26,269 nucleotides of DNA, from positions 1-26,269 of IMG/VR virus record IMGVR_UViG_3300031452_000120; one strand, written 5' to 3'. Below, in pieces: positions 26,083 to 26,269 of this stretch. Both the position numbers and the translations under genes were made by a program. The notes beneath the pieces were generated by a model. It worked only from the letters and a program-made list of their open reading frames with translations, made no database searches and was not told the origin of the DNA. The stretch's first letter is position 1. The number at the start of each line of letters is the position of its first letter. Source of the stretch: a virus. Taxonomy: Duplodnaviria > Caudoviricetes.

Positions 26083-26269
26083 CCCGCCCGTCGCGCGGAG
26101 AGGCCGCCTACGCCGGTCCGGCGTCCCCAAAGGCCCTTGGACGCGTCGGTCGCGTAGAATGGGGGTGTCGCGTGGAGCTGCGCGGGTATGCGCGGCCACT
26201 GGGAGCCCCCCTTTTGGACGCCCGCGCCAGCCGTTAAGCCCCGTACCCCTGGCCTTTTCACGCTGTGGC

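Noticed and set aside
1-26269. cas genes, relaxase, portal/capsid, tRNA or att core
   Set aside because: No diagnostic motifs or flanking direct repeats recognised; divergent versions cannot be excluded without HMM searches.

Overview
High-GC window that looks entirely like mobile-element DNA; no housekeeping, rRNA or tRNA genes were seen. The host is possibly Chloroflexota or Deinococcota (weak inference). The left end holds the start of a minus-strand conjugation-like operon (VirB2-like pilin, PrgI-like protein, VirB4-associated ORF running off the edge). It is followed by RHH regulators, an orphan 3-repeat type I-E-like mini-array, an HTH/coiled-coil partition-like gene, a 280-bp MITE and small genes split by overlapping divergent promoters. 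The core is a tyrosine integrase followed by a second, in-frame copy of an integrase C-terminus, a lower-GC 656-aa putative initiator, three 22-bp iterons, a DnaB-like helicase, a CHC2/TOPRIM primase, an Xis-like HTH, a J-domain protein, a sigma-4-like HTH and a MobC-like RHH. The right part has a tape-measure/lytic-transglycosylase gene split by one TAA, a frameshifted HicA-like gene, a TerS candidate, TerL and a triple cold-shock-domain protein. No portal, capsid or tail-tube gene was recognised. The best reading is a self-replicating, satellite-like integrative element or phage-plasmid hybrid. Family calls come from motifs recognised by eye, not from database searches.
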